Source of the DNA: Macrostomum lignano
Taxonomy: Eukaryota
DNA: 64,000 nt
NCBI GenBank assembly: GCA_002269645.1
Contig: NIVC01000228.1
Coordinates: forward strand, 1 to 64,000
Direction of reading: 5' to 3'
The position numbers and the translations under genes were made by a program. The notes beneath the pieces were generated by a model. It worked only from the letters and a program-made list of their open reading frames with translations. It was not told the origin of the DNA and did not search any database. Each line of letters starts with the position of its first letter. Positions within the stretch are counted from its first letter, which is position 1. Below, piece after piece: positions 23,398-35,689 of the stretch.

Positions 23398-26300
23398 CAC
23401 GGTGCTACCATAGTCGGAAAATTGCTTAAAAAATTCACCGGAAAAGTTATTTGTCACAATTGATACTCGAATTAGTAAGGATTCCTTAGAAGAAAAAATA
23501 AAAATCGTAGTTGTTCGTTTTAGCTCAAAAAGTGCTATTTTCAGTTTTTACCATAGACGAATTAATAAAAAAGCGAAGTATCACCGTACTGTTTAGAAAA
23601 CAATTCGATTGAGTCTAGGATCAAATGCAAGCATTAAAAAACATGTTACTGATATTCATCAATGATTGGTTGATGCCTAAAAGCTACACATTTGACTTGG
23701 ATGGGCCTACCACAAGAGAGTCTTAAGGCCCATTCACACTGCCATCAAACGAGACCAAATTTCAAGTGATCACACGACATGTGCATAGTTTTTCATCCCT
23801 TTGTACGTAAGTCATTTGAGTTGGTTGCTTGTTTGATGGCGTTGTGAATGAGCTTTTATACTCGTACTCACCCTGTTCGGATGAGTCACTGGTTCAGATC
23901 CACCCAGCCCGCCCAGACCCAAAGCTTTATCCTCAGCCAATCCCTCCACCATTCTAAATACGTAGGTAAGCACTCGTACGCTGTGGCTTGCTCTCTCTCT
24001 TCCTGAGCTGTACATACAAAGTATGATATTGTACATTGGTGTGTGCTCTTTGCACCAAGCACTCGCCGAACCACCCTCAGTCTTGTAATGCCATCGTGCT
24101 CATTTATGTTTTTCATCAATATAAACGTCAAACCTCAAACGTAAGGAGGTCCCGTCTGAGGAGGTTTTGTTGTCCAACTCTGTCTAAAAATGTTTCATCC
24201 AAACATTTAGTTGCAACGATTGTGCTTGCGTGTACACAGTTTTTGTCATGCCACTGTCACACGAAGATTGCCTCAATCGGATCTGCATTTTGTGCTTTTC
24301 GAAGGCAAAAGAGTTGCGATCCGTTACGCCCTGGATGCTGGCCATCATCAATCGGCACAGTGGCTGGCTCTACGATCCGCACGATAATCGCGTTCCCAAG
24401 GCAATTTGTGGCACGTGCAGATTCGCTCTGCAGCAGCTGGAGAAGGGCCAACGGGCTGATGTGCCACCGATGTATGACTTCAGGGACGTGCAGCCACTGC
24501 CGGTGACCCGATCAGTGGGCCAAGATGGATGTGACTGTAAGATCTGCAGCACTGCCGGATGCAGAGTCCATCCTCCAGAAGCCAACGTCCCAAAGCGGTC
24601 TGTTGGGCGGCCGAGTTTGACGGCGGACGAGGCTACAACGCCCAAGCCCGAAATGGTCAAGGTCTGCTCCTTCTGCATCAGTCCTATTGGCAGGGGCAAG
24701 CCACACACATGCAACAGACCCACAAGACTGCAGAATGCGCATGCCCTGTTGCAGGAAGCGTCCCCGGAATTCCCAGAGCGGCTCGCCACAACAATTGTGC
24801 GGCAGAAACTTATTACTTCAGGCTCCGGAGACACAGCCTCTGGCATCACCGTGCTGGCATCCAACGCTGGACCCTCAATGAGGCTGGCCATGAATCCGCC
24901 GCCTCCGAAGCCAACAGCGGTCTTCACGGCGGATAATATGCGTCATCTGCAAGGTGAGCTGGGCCTCAGTTCGCGCAAAACGGAGGTTGTACTTCGAAAT
25001 CTTCGGTCTTCGATTGGCGCCTCAGCTGTCCAGAGCAACATCCGGCAGACATTGAGGGAGATGGATCACGAACTGGATGACCTCTTCCAAGCGAAGCAGC
25101 TGGCGTTTATCCGAGAAGAGAGGGGAAGGCAGACTCCAGCTGAGCAGTGGGCCGTTGTCTGCACTGATGTGGTCGAGCTCCTGGGCCGCATGATTGCAAA
25201 CCGCCGGCTGATGGATGTTGCTTCCACAGTCGTCAGAATTGGAATCGATGGTGGAGGTGGGTTCTTGAAGCTCTCGATATCCGTTTTTGACCTGTGCGTG
25301 TGTGCTGGTGAGGAGCAGCAGAAGGGGGCTGATCGCCGATTCCTCGACTCTGGCGTGCATCGGGCCGTCATCCTTGGCATCGCTCCCAACACGCAGGAGA
25401 ACCACAGGAACCTGGAGTGTCTCTGGGAGAGCTGCCGCCTGCAGCTTCTGTCGGCGAACATCAGCATCGCGTGCGACCTAAAACTTGCCAACATCCTGCT
25501 CGGCTTGATGGCCCACAGCAGCTCGCATCCCTGCACCTGGTGCAACGTCAATAAAGGGAGCCTTGACAGCTGCGGCGAGCCAAGGACCTTTGGCAGCCTC
25601 AGTGAGAAATACCAGGCCTACCTGGCTGCTGGTGGTGAACGCCAACTAGCTAAGCACTTCGATAACGTCGTCCAGCCCAGCATCTTTTCCGCTGGAGTTG
25701 AAGTCCCGGTGTTGCACATTGTCCCTCCGCCGGAGCTGCACCTGCTGACCGGTGCGGTCCATGTGCTGTACGAGGGTCTGCATGGTGTGTGGCCCGAGAG
25801 CGAAGCTTGGCTTACAGCTTGCAATGTCCAACGTGACAAGCATCACGGTGGCAGCTTCACTGGCAATGCGAGCCGCAAGTTGCTGCGCAACGTGGACCTG
25901 CTAGAAGCGATGTGCCCGATGGCAGCGCTGCCATTTGTTGCCGCCCTTCGAGCATTGAACTCGGTCGTGGTGTCATGCTTCGGGAGTGAGCTGCGTTCCA
26001 ATTTCGAGCAGGCGATTCAGGAATTTCGCACCAGTTATGCCGATCTCGGCATTTCCATCAGTCCAAAAATCCACGCGATTTTCCACCACGTCGGTGACTT
26101 CTGCCGCGCCAAGGACAAAACAGGCCTGGGGCCATGGAGCGAACAATGCACGGAGTCGATGCACAGAGACTTCCTCCTGCATTGGGAGAGATACAAGGTG
26201 GCGAGCACGCATCCTCTCTTCGCTGAAAGGCTCCTGGCAGCTGTGCAGTGTTACAACAGTCGCCATTTGTGAGCGTTTTATGGAAAGTGCGAATCCGGAA

Positions 26301-27007
26301 CTGCAACAGTTGAACTGCAACGCAAGTATTGGACAGTTATGAAGTCAGAAAATTTAGTAGCACAATTTTTCAACCCACTCAGTTATTGTAGTCAAAGCCT
26401 CCAGGAAAATCAACCCGCTAAATGTCCCCTTTGAAGTCTATATATTAAATTGCAATTGTAACGATTCTAATTTGAATTGTAAGGTAATACAAAACTTTGT
26501 ACGATAGGGGTGCTTTCACAAACCCGAAATTTCATAGCATCAAGAACATATTCACATGGTTTGGGGTTAGATATTAAGGTGAAAGAATATAAAAAATAAT
26601 TTTTATGTTGTAAAATTTGGGGTTTGTGAAACGCCATAGCACCATGCTGCTTTGAGTTGTTTTGCTTCATGTAAGACAGTGTGCTAAGCTTCGAGTAAAT
26701 TTAAAATGTGCATACAATACAATATTCATGGACTTGCTGAAAAAATTTGTGAATTTGTTTCGATTTAAATTGTTATAACTTTTCTTTAATACGCTTTTGA
26801 CAACAATTTGAAAGAATTCAATTACAATGCAGTAAATTTCCAATATAATCTATGGTAAAAACAGAAAATTGTTTTTTTGAGCTAAAATGAACGAGTACAA
26901 TTTTAATTTTTTCTTCCATGGAATCCTTAATAACTCGATTGTCGATTGTGACAAATAACTTTTCTGGTGAATTTTTAAAGCAATTTTCCGCCTATGGTAG
27001 CACCGTG
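23398..27007 (+). mobile_element. Apparently intact Chapaev-type (Transib/RAG1-related) DNA transposon, 3610 bp
   Basis: Left end CACGGTGCTACCATAGTCGGAAAATTGC at 23398; right end ...CCTATGGTAGCACCGTG at 27007; imperfect inverted similarity over ~140 bp; TTCA at 23394-23397 and 27008-27011 (4-bp TSD). Confidence 0.9.
24248..26272 (+). CDS. DDE transposase, Chapaev/Transib/RAG1-core family, with N-terminal Zn-binding (Chapa/RAG1-N-like) region; 674 aa, intronless
   Basis: N-terminal H-x7-C-x2-C...D-x4-P-x3-C-x2-C...CxCxxC; core GIDGGG (D), ACDLK (D), CTWC, PPPELH, FTGNASRKLL, ISPKIHAIFHHV, GPWSEQCTESMH (E) parallel the RAG1 motifs CDG, YDEK, GNFARKLM, YFHKTLAHV, WASEGNES. Confidence 0.88.
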   Translation: MPLSHEDCLNRICILCFSKAKELRSVTPWMLAIINRHSGWLYDPHDNRVPKAICGTCRFALQQLEKGQRADVPPMYDFRDVQPLPVTRSVGQDGCDCKICSTAGCRVHPPEANVPKRSVGRPSLTADEATTPKPEMVKVCSFCISPIGRGKPHTCNRPTRLQNAHALLQEASPEFPERLATTIVRQKLITSGSGDTASGITVLASNAGPSMRLAMNPPPPKPTAVFTADNMRHLQGELGLSSRKTEVVLRNLRSSIGASAVQSNIRQTLREMDHELDDLFQAKQLAFIREERGRQTPAEQWAVVCTDVVELLGRMIANRRLMDVASTVVRIGIDGGGGFLKLSISVFDLCVCAGEEQQKGADRRFLDSGVHRAVILGIAPNTQENHRNLECLWESCRLQLLSANISIACDLKLANILLGLMAHSSSHPCTWCNVNKGSLDSCGEPRTFGSLSEKYQAYLAAGGERQLAKHFDNVVQPSIFSAGVEVPVLHIVPPPELHLLTGAVHVLYEGLHGVWPESEAWLTACNVQRDKHHGGSFTGNASRKLLRNVDLLEAMCPMAALPFVAALRALNSVVVSCFGSELRSNFEQAIQEFRTSYADLGISISPKIHAIFHHVGDFCRAKDKTGLGPWSEQCTESMHRDFLLHWERYKVASTHPLFAERLLAAVQCYNSRHL

Positions 27008-27967
27008 TTCATTATGATCTAAAATTTCTTTGATCTACATAGTTTGGCATACAATTGAATGTCTGACCCACTAGCTAGATCAATGTAAAGATTATCTATG
27101 TCCTGTGTATAGATAAGCTACATTAATATAAAGCTAAATATATTGGTTAAGACAGACTACAACCATATTATGCTTTAATATTAATTTTCTTTGAATTGTA
27201 TAAATAACCTATGAAAGTCAAATTTCAAATAATGAGTATTTGTGATGGACAAAACAACTTATTATTGATGCTCTTATCAATAATAGTTTTCTAATATCAA
27301 TATGCATACAAGATATGCTAATTTATTGAATTAATTAGGAAGAAAATATATTTTATTAAAATATGATTAGCACATAGTTTGGTTTCCCGTTTATTATGAT
27401 TCAAGGCAAGACCAGATTTGGTCACAATGTCGCATATCACACCAATATAAATATAAGGATAACTATATGCAAAGGTCTGTCATTTTATATATTGAATTTC
27501 AATTCTTTTCTTCTTTTAATAAAAAATAAAGGCTAAATGTAGCTAGGTCAAAGACAAAGTATGATAGAGAACAGCAAAATAATCAATTAGCATGTTGGAA
27601 CCAAGCCATATTGTATATTTATTGGCCAATTGCAATATAGAATTGGAATTAAATGACTAGATGATTAAATTGGATAGACTTCAACAAGGCAAAAATTAAG
27701 AATATACATATTTAGTTCAATAAGTCATTTCAATTTCAATAAGTCATTTGAATAGATTTTTAATTTGAGTTTTGGAACTCAGGGCATACAGGCAAAAAAA
27801 AATAGAAAAATTCACATAAGTGACACTATATGAATGTATCTATTATTATTTATTTATTTATTTATTTATTACATAGTGTAAACATAGATAAGCCTAGTAT
27901 TCTATGGCCTAGGCATATCTTATATGCCTATAATGGCTAAATAGGTATAATTGGCAACAATAATTGG

Positions 27968-28750
27968 CCGCGTCATTCAGTCCTTCTATAATGCAGTTCT
28001 GGCTAAGGTCATTCAATGACCTGGCCGGCCTGATGCAAATGTAGATGTCGACGCAGGCATCCACGCCGTCCTCATAACGATAGCAGCATATTCCATAATC
28101 TATATTCCATATTCCGCGTCATTGAGTCCTTCTATTATGCAGTTCTGGCTAAGGTCATTCAATGTCGGCGCAGGTATCCACGCCGTCCTCATAGCAGTAG
28201 CGGCATGCATAATACTCCTCCAGATTGGCTCGCCGTTCGAGGATTGGATGCTGGCCATAATGCCTGTCCGGCCTGATGCAAATGTAGATGTCGACGCAGG
28301 CATCCACGCCATCCTCATAACGATAGCAGAATATTCCATTATACTATATATTTTATATTCCAGAATCCATATTCCATAGTACTTCCGATCGGTTAGCGTT
28401 CAGGTGGCTGTCCACTTCCTGTTCCATGAGCTGCGCACCACCAAGTAGCCTTGCGTTGTATTCATAATTGACGCCCCAATTAGTCGCTTGTGCGCCCGCT
28501 ATGCTACCTGATTTACATACATCCGTTCCCAAGCTGGTAATTGCCGGTCTTGATTGTTAAGACTGTTTGCGATAAATATGAAGAATATAATAGATAAATG
28601 ATAAATATAATAGCATTTTCTCAAGGTTTGTAGCACTCCACCAGATTGGCTCGCCGTTCAAGGATCGGATGCTGGCCATAATGCCTGGCCGGCCTGATGC
28701 AAATGTAGATGTTGGCGCAGGCATCCACGCCGTCCTCGTAATGGTAGCGG
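27968..28750. repeat. Three to four degenerate copies of a ~100-170-bp GC-richer module (GCCTGATGCAAATGTAGATGTCGACGCAGGCATCCACGCCGTCCTC)
   Basis: Core repeated at ~28030, ~28160, ~28270, ~28690; no product recognised. Confidence 0.75.
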
Positions 28751-28784
28751 CATAGCAGCTATAGTATAGCACAACAATTTCCAT

Positions 28785-28920
28785 TTGGGGTGGCCGGCGC
28801 TGGTTGCATTTATGCATTTTATTTGGTGTGGCCAGCGCTGGTTAAATTTACGCATTATGTTGGGGGTGGCCAGCGCTGGCTGCATTTATGCATTCTATTT
28901 GGGGTGGCCAGCGCTGGCTA
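28785..28920. repeat. ~38-bp minisatellite (GGGGTGGCCAGCGCTGGCTGCATTTATGCATT...), 4 copies; same family at 31983-32118
   Basis: Direct comparison of both arrays. Confidence 0.85.
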
Positions 28921-29092
28921 CATTTATTCATAATGTTGGGGCGCCCGACTGTAGCGAGCAAGCCGAATGACTGTCAGCTTGGATCCAATGAGTATAATAT
29001 TATATACATTGGTTTCGGCAATAGAGATCTGTATATATTTGTGATATCCTTGTTAATTCCATGTTAATTAGGGTAGGGAACAAATCAATATA

Positions 29093-30440
29093 GTTGTTAT
29101 AGCCAATGAAACTATGGCTGGTCCATAATCAGCTCTGCGAATTTGTGCACTTATATACTGTGCATATATTTGTGTTATCCTTGTTAATTAGGGCAGTGAA
29201 CAAACCACTAGAGTTGTTACAGCCAATGAAACTATGGCTGGTCCATGATCAGTTCTACGAATTTGTGCATTTATATACTGTGCATATATTTGTGTTATCC
29301 TTGTTAATTAGGGCAGGGAATAAATCAATATAGTTGTTACAGCCAACGAAACTATGGCTGGTCTATGATCAGTTCTGCGAATTTGTGCACTTATATACTG
29401 TGCATATATTTGTGTTATCCTTGTTAATTAGGGCAGGGAATAAATCAATATAGTTGTTACAGCCAATGAAACTATGGCTGGTCCATAATCAGCTCTGCGA
29501 ATTTGTGCACTTACATACTGTGCATATATTTGTGTTATCCTTGTTAATTAGGGCAGTGAACAAACCACTAGAGTTGTTACAGCCAATGAAACTATGGCTG
29601 GTCCATGATCAGTTCTACGAATTTGTGCACTTATATAATGTGCATATATTTGTGGTATCCTTGTTAATTAGGGCAGGGAATAAATCAATAGAGTTGTTAC
29701 AGCCAACGAAACTATGGCTGGTCCATGATCAGTTCTACGAATTTGTGCACTTATATAATGTGCATATATTTGTGTTATCCTTGTTAATTAGGGCAGGGAA
29801 TAAATCAATAGAGTTGTTACAGCCAACGAAACTATGGCTGGTCTATGATCAGTTCTGCGAATTTGTGCACTTATATACTGTGCATGTATTTGTGTTATCC
29901 TTGTTAATTAGGGCAGGGAATAAATCAATATAGTTGTTATAGCCAATGAAACTATGGCTGGTCCATGATCAGTTCTACGAATTTGTGCACTTATATAATG
30001 TGCATATATTTGTGGTATCCTTGTTAATTAGGGCAGGGAATAAATCAATAGAGTTGTTACAGCCAACGAAACTATGGCTGGTCCATGATCAGTTCTACGA
30101 ATTTGTGCACTTATATAATGTGCATATATTTGTGTTATCCTTGTTAATTAGGGCAGGGAATAAATCAATAGAGTTGTTACAGCCAACGAAACTATGGCTG
30201 GTCTATGATCAGTTCTGCGAATTTGTGCACTTATATACTGTGCATGTATTTGTGTTATCCTTGTTAATTAGGGCAGGGAATAAATCAATATAGTTGTTAC
30301 AGCCAATGAAACTATGTCTGGTCCATCATCAGTTCTGCGAATTTGTGCACTTATATACTGTGTATATATTTGTGTTATACTTGTTAATTAATAAACAATT
30401 GAGTTGTTGTAGCCAGTGAAACTACGGCTAGTCCATTATG
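29093..30440. repeat. 120-bp tandem satellite, ~11 copies, with 360-bp higher-order structure
   Basis: Exact 120-bp period; units starting 29581/29701/29821 are repeated by 29941/30061/30181. Confidence 0.95.
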
Positions 30441-31264
30441 AGCACTACAAATTTGTGCACTTATATGACCATGTGCACTTAATCATCTTTTCTAAAAATA
30501 TTGTGATTACACATCATTTTTAGACATGCCCTATCCCCAAATAAATAATTGTCTATGAAACAAAAAAACCAATATAACATTATAACTGGTTTATATCATT
30601 GTCTATAATAGTGAATAGTAAACAAGATTGTTGAAATATGCTATATTCTCCTTTTTATAGTATTACATAAAACTGTTTAGTTTAGATTTAGTACACATTT
30701 ATAATTATAACATAAACCGCAGAATTTATATGACATCATATTTCAATTCAGTGTTGTTACATTCGCAACTGACAATGACATGGTTAAAAGAGGATTATAT
30801 TGATTGTCAATGCACTTCCAGTATGTTGGATCCACTGTCTAACCAATGTGATGGTTGTCACGTGCACTATAACAGTCTAGTCGAAAAGCCTTTATTGAAA
30901 ATATTTCCTAAATAGGTGAATATGAATATATGATTTTTTTTTAATATGAATGTGAATATATGAATAGGTGAATATGAGTATATATGCTTTGTATGTGTTA
31001 AGTCAGTATAGAATATTAACTTGATTGTCGATGCACATCCAGTATGTCGGATCCGTTGTCAAACCAATGCGATGGTCATATGCGCTGTAGCAGTCTTGTC
31101 GGAAAGTCTCAATAGAAAATATGTCATACATTGACATAGATTACCTTTGTAACAAATAGCATAAAATAAAATAAGATAGCTAATATATAGGTAGATAGAT
31201 AGACATTTCTATATGGTCAAAAAACTGGTCAGCTAAACAGATTGCTGGAAGCCAATCCAATCGA

Positions 31265-31794
31265 TCACTGTTGCTGCTGCTGCTGCTGTTGCTGCTGCGG
31301 CTGCTGCTGCTTGGCGGTGTACCATGCCAACAACTCCGTCCACCAGACGCAACCAGCGGCGGCGGCAGACTCTGACTCATCCACAACCAGGCAGCCCTGC
31401 TCAATCAGCGACTCAGCGAAGTCGACCCCGGCAGCATCGCAGAGGGCCACTCGCCAGACCACCGCCTCGTCAGTAGCAGAGCGTCCGGTTTCAACAGTCA
31501 TCAGCCTGACTGTCCATTCCCGGCCGTCGTTGGCTCCGAGAGCGGCACAGAGAGTCTGTGAGTGCGATGCGGCGAAAGCGTCGGCGGTGCGCACGAGCGT
31601 CAGGCGGCATGCGTGGGCGAACGGCGCCAGAGGCGGCGACTGCAGCTCGGCGGGCAGAGGCGCCAGCTCGGAAGTTGCGGTGGCTTCGTCATTGCAGAAG
31701 TCAACGAAGCGCACAGTGAGGTTGCGACTGCCGGCCGGGTCGGTACAGTGTGTGATGGTACCATTGACCGTCATGGGAAAATCTGACCGCGAAC

Positions 31795-31859
<65 letters not shown>

Positions 31860-31886
31860 GTTGAGTCTCTGAGCTGAAGTTTCAGC
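31265..31886 (-). pseudogene. Orphan exon encoding an extended Tudor domain, with in-frame (TG)30 and a frameshift
   Basis: Acceptor TTGTCACAG; LFAVRFSHDGQWY then (other frame) TITHC...TVRFVDFCNDE...LAPLPAELQSPPLAPFAHACRL...DFAESLIEQG matches the Tudor-SN-type consensus (F..DG.WYRA, V.FVD.GN.E, LP..A..C.L). Confidence 0.75.
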
Positions 31887-31982
31887 CTGTGACAATACAA
31901 TAGCCTCTGACTTCAAATTCCAAGTCCAGTTCAGAAGTCCAATATCGCTGGCTGACTGGCTGGCTAAACTTGTGCATTATAA

Positions 31983-32118
31983 TGGGGGTGGCCAGCGCTG
32001 GCTGCATTTACGCATTATGTTGGGGGTGGCCAGCGCTGGCTGCATTTATGCATTCTATTTCGGGTGGCCGGCGCTGGCTGCATTTACGCATTATATTGGG
32101 GGTGGCCAGCGCTGGCTG
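31983..32118. repeat. ~38-bp minisatellite, 4 copies, same orientation as 28785-28920
   Basis: Direct inspection. Confidence 0.85.
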
Positions 32119-32825
32119 CAACTTTGAGGTGGTATTTTGTATTTAGTATATGTGGATTGAAATCGTAACATGCATTCATTCAATGTAGCCTTCCAGGTAT
32201 AACCACATTATCTGTGTAATGTTTATCATAATTAATATCGTTAGTATAAATGTATATTCTTCGCGAATATACAATTATAAATTTTAAGGACATTTGTATA
32301 TAAATTAGCATTTGCATAAATTAGCATAAATAAGGACATTTGTATATAAAATTTGTAAATAACTACACACACTATGGCACACAATTTCCAACTTGATTCA
32401 ACTTGACTGGATTCAATGCAAACAGTAGGTCGATTCCTTTTATTATTGTTGTCGATATATTTAGTGTTATTTATCATTTATCGAGACGCGCATAACATAA
32501 TGCTTGCAGTTTCCTTAATTTTTCATACATCTCTTAATGCGGAGAAAAATGATTCATAGACATGGAAACATTGCCAATCTATCTTTCATTGGTCGATCGA
32601 TTGCAATTGCACTTGCATTGACTACTGTTGTCAGCTTACAAAGAGGAATACTCGACAATCCAACTGAGTGCCATCGATCAATGTGCAACACCGGACAAAG
32701 AGTCCGGACTAACCATAATAGACACACAAAGACGTATACGATTTTTATATGTTTGAAATTTACATTATAACAATAAATTAACGCACAATTTACACTTCAG
32801 CTACAATCGGACAAGTCGTTCTATA

Positions 32826-33145
32826 AGGTCAGTCCTGCAGTCCGAGGCCCTGGCCCGTCCTAGCGATCTGCTGCGCCGTCGGCGACTCCAGCTGTCAGGC
32901 CACGTCATCCGCGCCGAGGCCTACTGTCCGGAGCCGGTGCAGGAGGTGTTGCTACTTACGTTGCAGGCACCATACCGACGGGGACAGACGAGGACTCGGC
33001 GCTACGTCGACTGTCTGATGGCTGATGCCGGCGCCCCGGACTCTGTCGGCGGTGCGGCCTGTGTTCGCGCCCAAGTTTCGAAGCGCGCCATCTGACGCTG
33101 CTTTTGCGAACTGGCAGCGTACTCTGTTGTTGTTATGTTGTTGTT
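32826..33145 (+). mobile_element. 5'-truncated RTE-clade LINE 3' end
   Basis: Open frame ...SDLLRRRRLQLSGHVIRAE...PYRRGQTRTRRYVDCL...* (stop 33093-33095) fits the RTE ORF C-terminal RRRRL..AGH..R motif; followed by a (GTT)n tail. Confidence 0.7.
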
Positions 33146-33395
33146 AATCACGCATGAAATCGATAATTACACGATCGTCTGGCTGAACTACATATTCGAA
33201 ATCGCCTAAATCAACTCATTAATTATACAAACGCATCCGAATGTATTTCGAGCATTTCAATGTTTTTTTTATTTGAATGTTTACGCGTTACAGACCAACT
33301 GTTTATCTACAGGACAGTCGGTCAATCTATCTGTCTATCCATCAGACTGTACGTCATCGTGTCTGTATGTCTGTCTGTATGCCATTCAATCAGTA

Positions 33396-33397
33396 TG

Positions 33398-33442
<45 letters not shown>

Positions 33443-33455
33443 GTATATATCTATA

Positions 33456-33496
<41 letters not shown>

Positions 33497-33512
33497 GTCT
33501 GTCTATCTATCT
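33396..33512. repeat. (TCTA)n microsatellite
   Basis: Direct inspection. Confidence 0.95.
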
Positions 33513-34523
33513 AAGTTTCTTCATTTGTATCGCTACCAAAGAATTCAAAGAAACTTTAGGCTGCACGGCAACTGTTATCCATCATCCTATCCATATATTA
33601 GACCATGTTTGTTTTCGTCAAATAGGCCTCTCATTCTAGCAACATCAGCATCAGGCGCTGCGCGATGATGTAGCGATACCACACACCACCTCACGCCAAG
33701 TCTTAGATCGAGGTTGTTGTTTTTTTCTACAACTCAGTCGTTCATTTTAACAGCAACAACAACAGACGCTGCGCGCGATGGTGTAGCCTTACGCCACGTC
33801 CCATACCCACTCACAGTCTATTGCGCTCTCACGCGTGCCAGCGAGTCAGCTTGGTGACAATTCTCTCCAAATCGATAATTGCTTCTCACGTTTCACCAAC
33901 AGGCTGCAGTCGGTGGCGGCAAAGGCGGCAAATCCGCTACAAATAAATCCATTGGAATATATATCATACTAAGCATCAGTGAATCGATACAATACTTGTT
34001 ATTGCTGCTAGTGCGTTGCTACCGCGATTCCACGACCTCGATACTGTGTAAACATAGTCACACGATTCGTTTGTTTACACAGTATACTACTTGCAGTTTA
34101 TCCACGCAGAGTTTCCAAGATATCACACCGCGGTTCCCCAGACAGATTAGTATGAAGAAGATTCATCTCCCAGACAGCAGGCATCCCTCATACAGCAGGC
34201 ATCCCCAGATAGTAGGCATCCCTCATACAGCAGGCATTCCAATAGAGAAAAAAAAATTTTATGCGAAAATTTTTTTAAGTCAAAATAATTTTGACACTTA
34301 GAGAAATTTCACATTTCTCGGCGAGCGCAGCGTTTCCCCAGAAAAAAACTAGGCTAGGGTTAGGGTTAGGTGTTGTGAATAATGATAGTAATAGGTAGGT
34401 AGATTGGGTGGGTTAGTTAGTTAGTTAGTTAGTTAGTCAATCGGTATGTATGTATGTATGTATGTATGTATGTATGTATTAACTAGTGTTTGTTTATTGT
34501 TTAGCCAGCCAGGGTGACAATAA

Positions 34524-34718
34524 TTGATCTATTTTTAGTCAACTACAAATAGATGCGGGTTCGTCCCTTAGAGATTTTATTCTCTCACTCACTCGCTCAC
34601 TCACTCACTCAATAGTCTATGGTCAATCAGTCAGTCTTCGAGCCAGCATGTATTTCGCTAGTATATAGTCTTTAGGGACGAACCCGCATCTATTTATAGT
34701 TGACTAAAAATAGATCAA
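34524..34718. repeat. Foldback: ~47-bp near-perfect inverted repeat with ~100-bp spacer (MITE-like)
   Basis: TTGATCTATTTTTAGTCAACTACAAATAGATGCGGGTTCGTCCCT and its reverse complement with one mismatch; no clear outer TSD. Confidence 0.8.
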
Positions 34719-34855
34719 CACTTGCTCTTTGAAAGAAAGAATAGTAGGAGTATGGTACCTGTAAATATACATATAAAATAAACTATGCATTGACTACTAC
34801 TGAAATAAGTACTATAGTGTGAATATATAAGCTACTACACACACGCACACATAGG

Positions 34856-34890
<35 letters not shown>

Positions 34891-35689
34891 ACGCACACGC
34901 ACACGCACACAATTTTAATTCTGGGGGACCGCTGCGCTCGCTCGGGTTAGCAAAATTATATAATTCTACCCTCCCCTCTCAATCAGCCCTCACTAACCCT
35001 AAACCTAACCCTAACTCTAACAACAAACAAATTTTTTTCTGGGAAACGCTGTATGTGAATACTTTTATCCTGGGGAAGCCACCTGTTGCTGTCTGAGGGT
35101 AACTTATCTTGGGGGAAGCCACTCTCCCGATGCTTTCCTCTCCTCTCCATGCCATGGGCCGCTGCAATTCAAAATCACACCCGCCTATTTGTTTCTTCTA
35201 TTCGTTTGTGACCGCGATTAAGAAAGTACAAGTTAAACTGTATGGGTTATAATATAGCATGCTGTTTGTACACACTCTAAACTCCCTTCTGGCTGAATAC
35301 TCATTCTACTGCCCCCTTTTTGCCATAGAATAAAAATTTGAAGTCTCCCTATCGATTTATCACTCTCGATACGTTGTTGCAGCCATAGACATAGATTGAG
35401 GCCGACCTGTCCATCTCGATGTTTTAAACCCTGACCATTTCGATCTTGCTCAGTTGTAAGTAGAGCGGCGTCTTGCGCCCGGCTCCCTCGCTTGCTCTCT
35501 CTAGTATAGATAAGCATAGCTACTACGTCCACCTTTTGCGTTTCTATCAAGTAAGTTGCAACTGTGCTTTTTTTATATGTTTTATTATATCACGAGTGGA
35601 GCTACGCCTTTGAAGGTGAAATAGTACGAACTCTCATCCTGGAAATTCTGAAGCGGAAGAACTCCCATTCACTTTTATAATCATGTCAA

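Noticed and set aside
23540-24240. RAG2-like partner gene within the Chapaev-type element
   Set aside because: Only short non-conserved ORFs upstream and ~730 bp of AT-rich sequence downstream of the transposase; no kelch/PHD motifs
24257-26342. Multiple minus-strand and alternative-frame ORFs over the transposase
   Set aside because: Shadow ORFs expected from GC-rich coding sequence
29106-30293. Hydrophobic repeat ORFs
   Set aside because: Products of the 120-bp satellite, interrupted by stops in several units
34352-35020. Telomere-like GGGTTA/TAACCC motifs
   Set aside because: Only 2-3 units, lying in inverted repeat-like flanks typical of non-autonomous elements; not a telomeric tract
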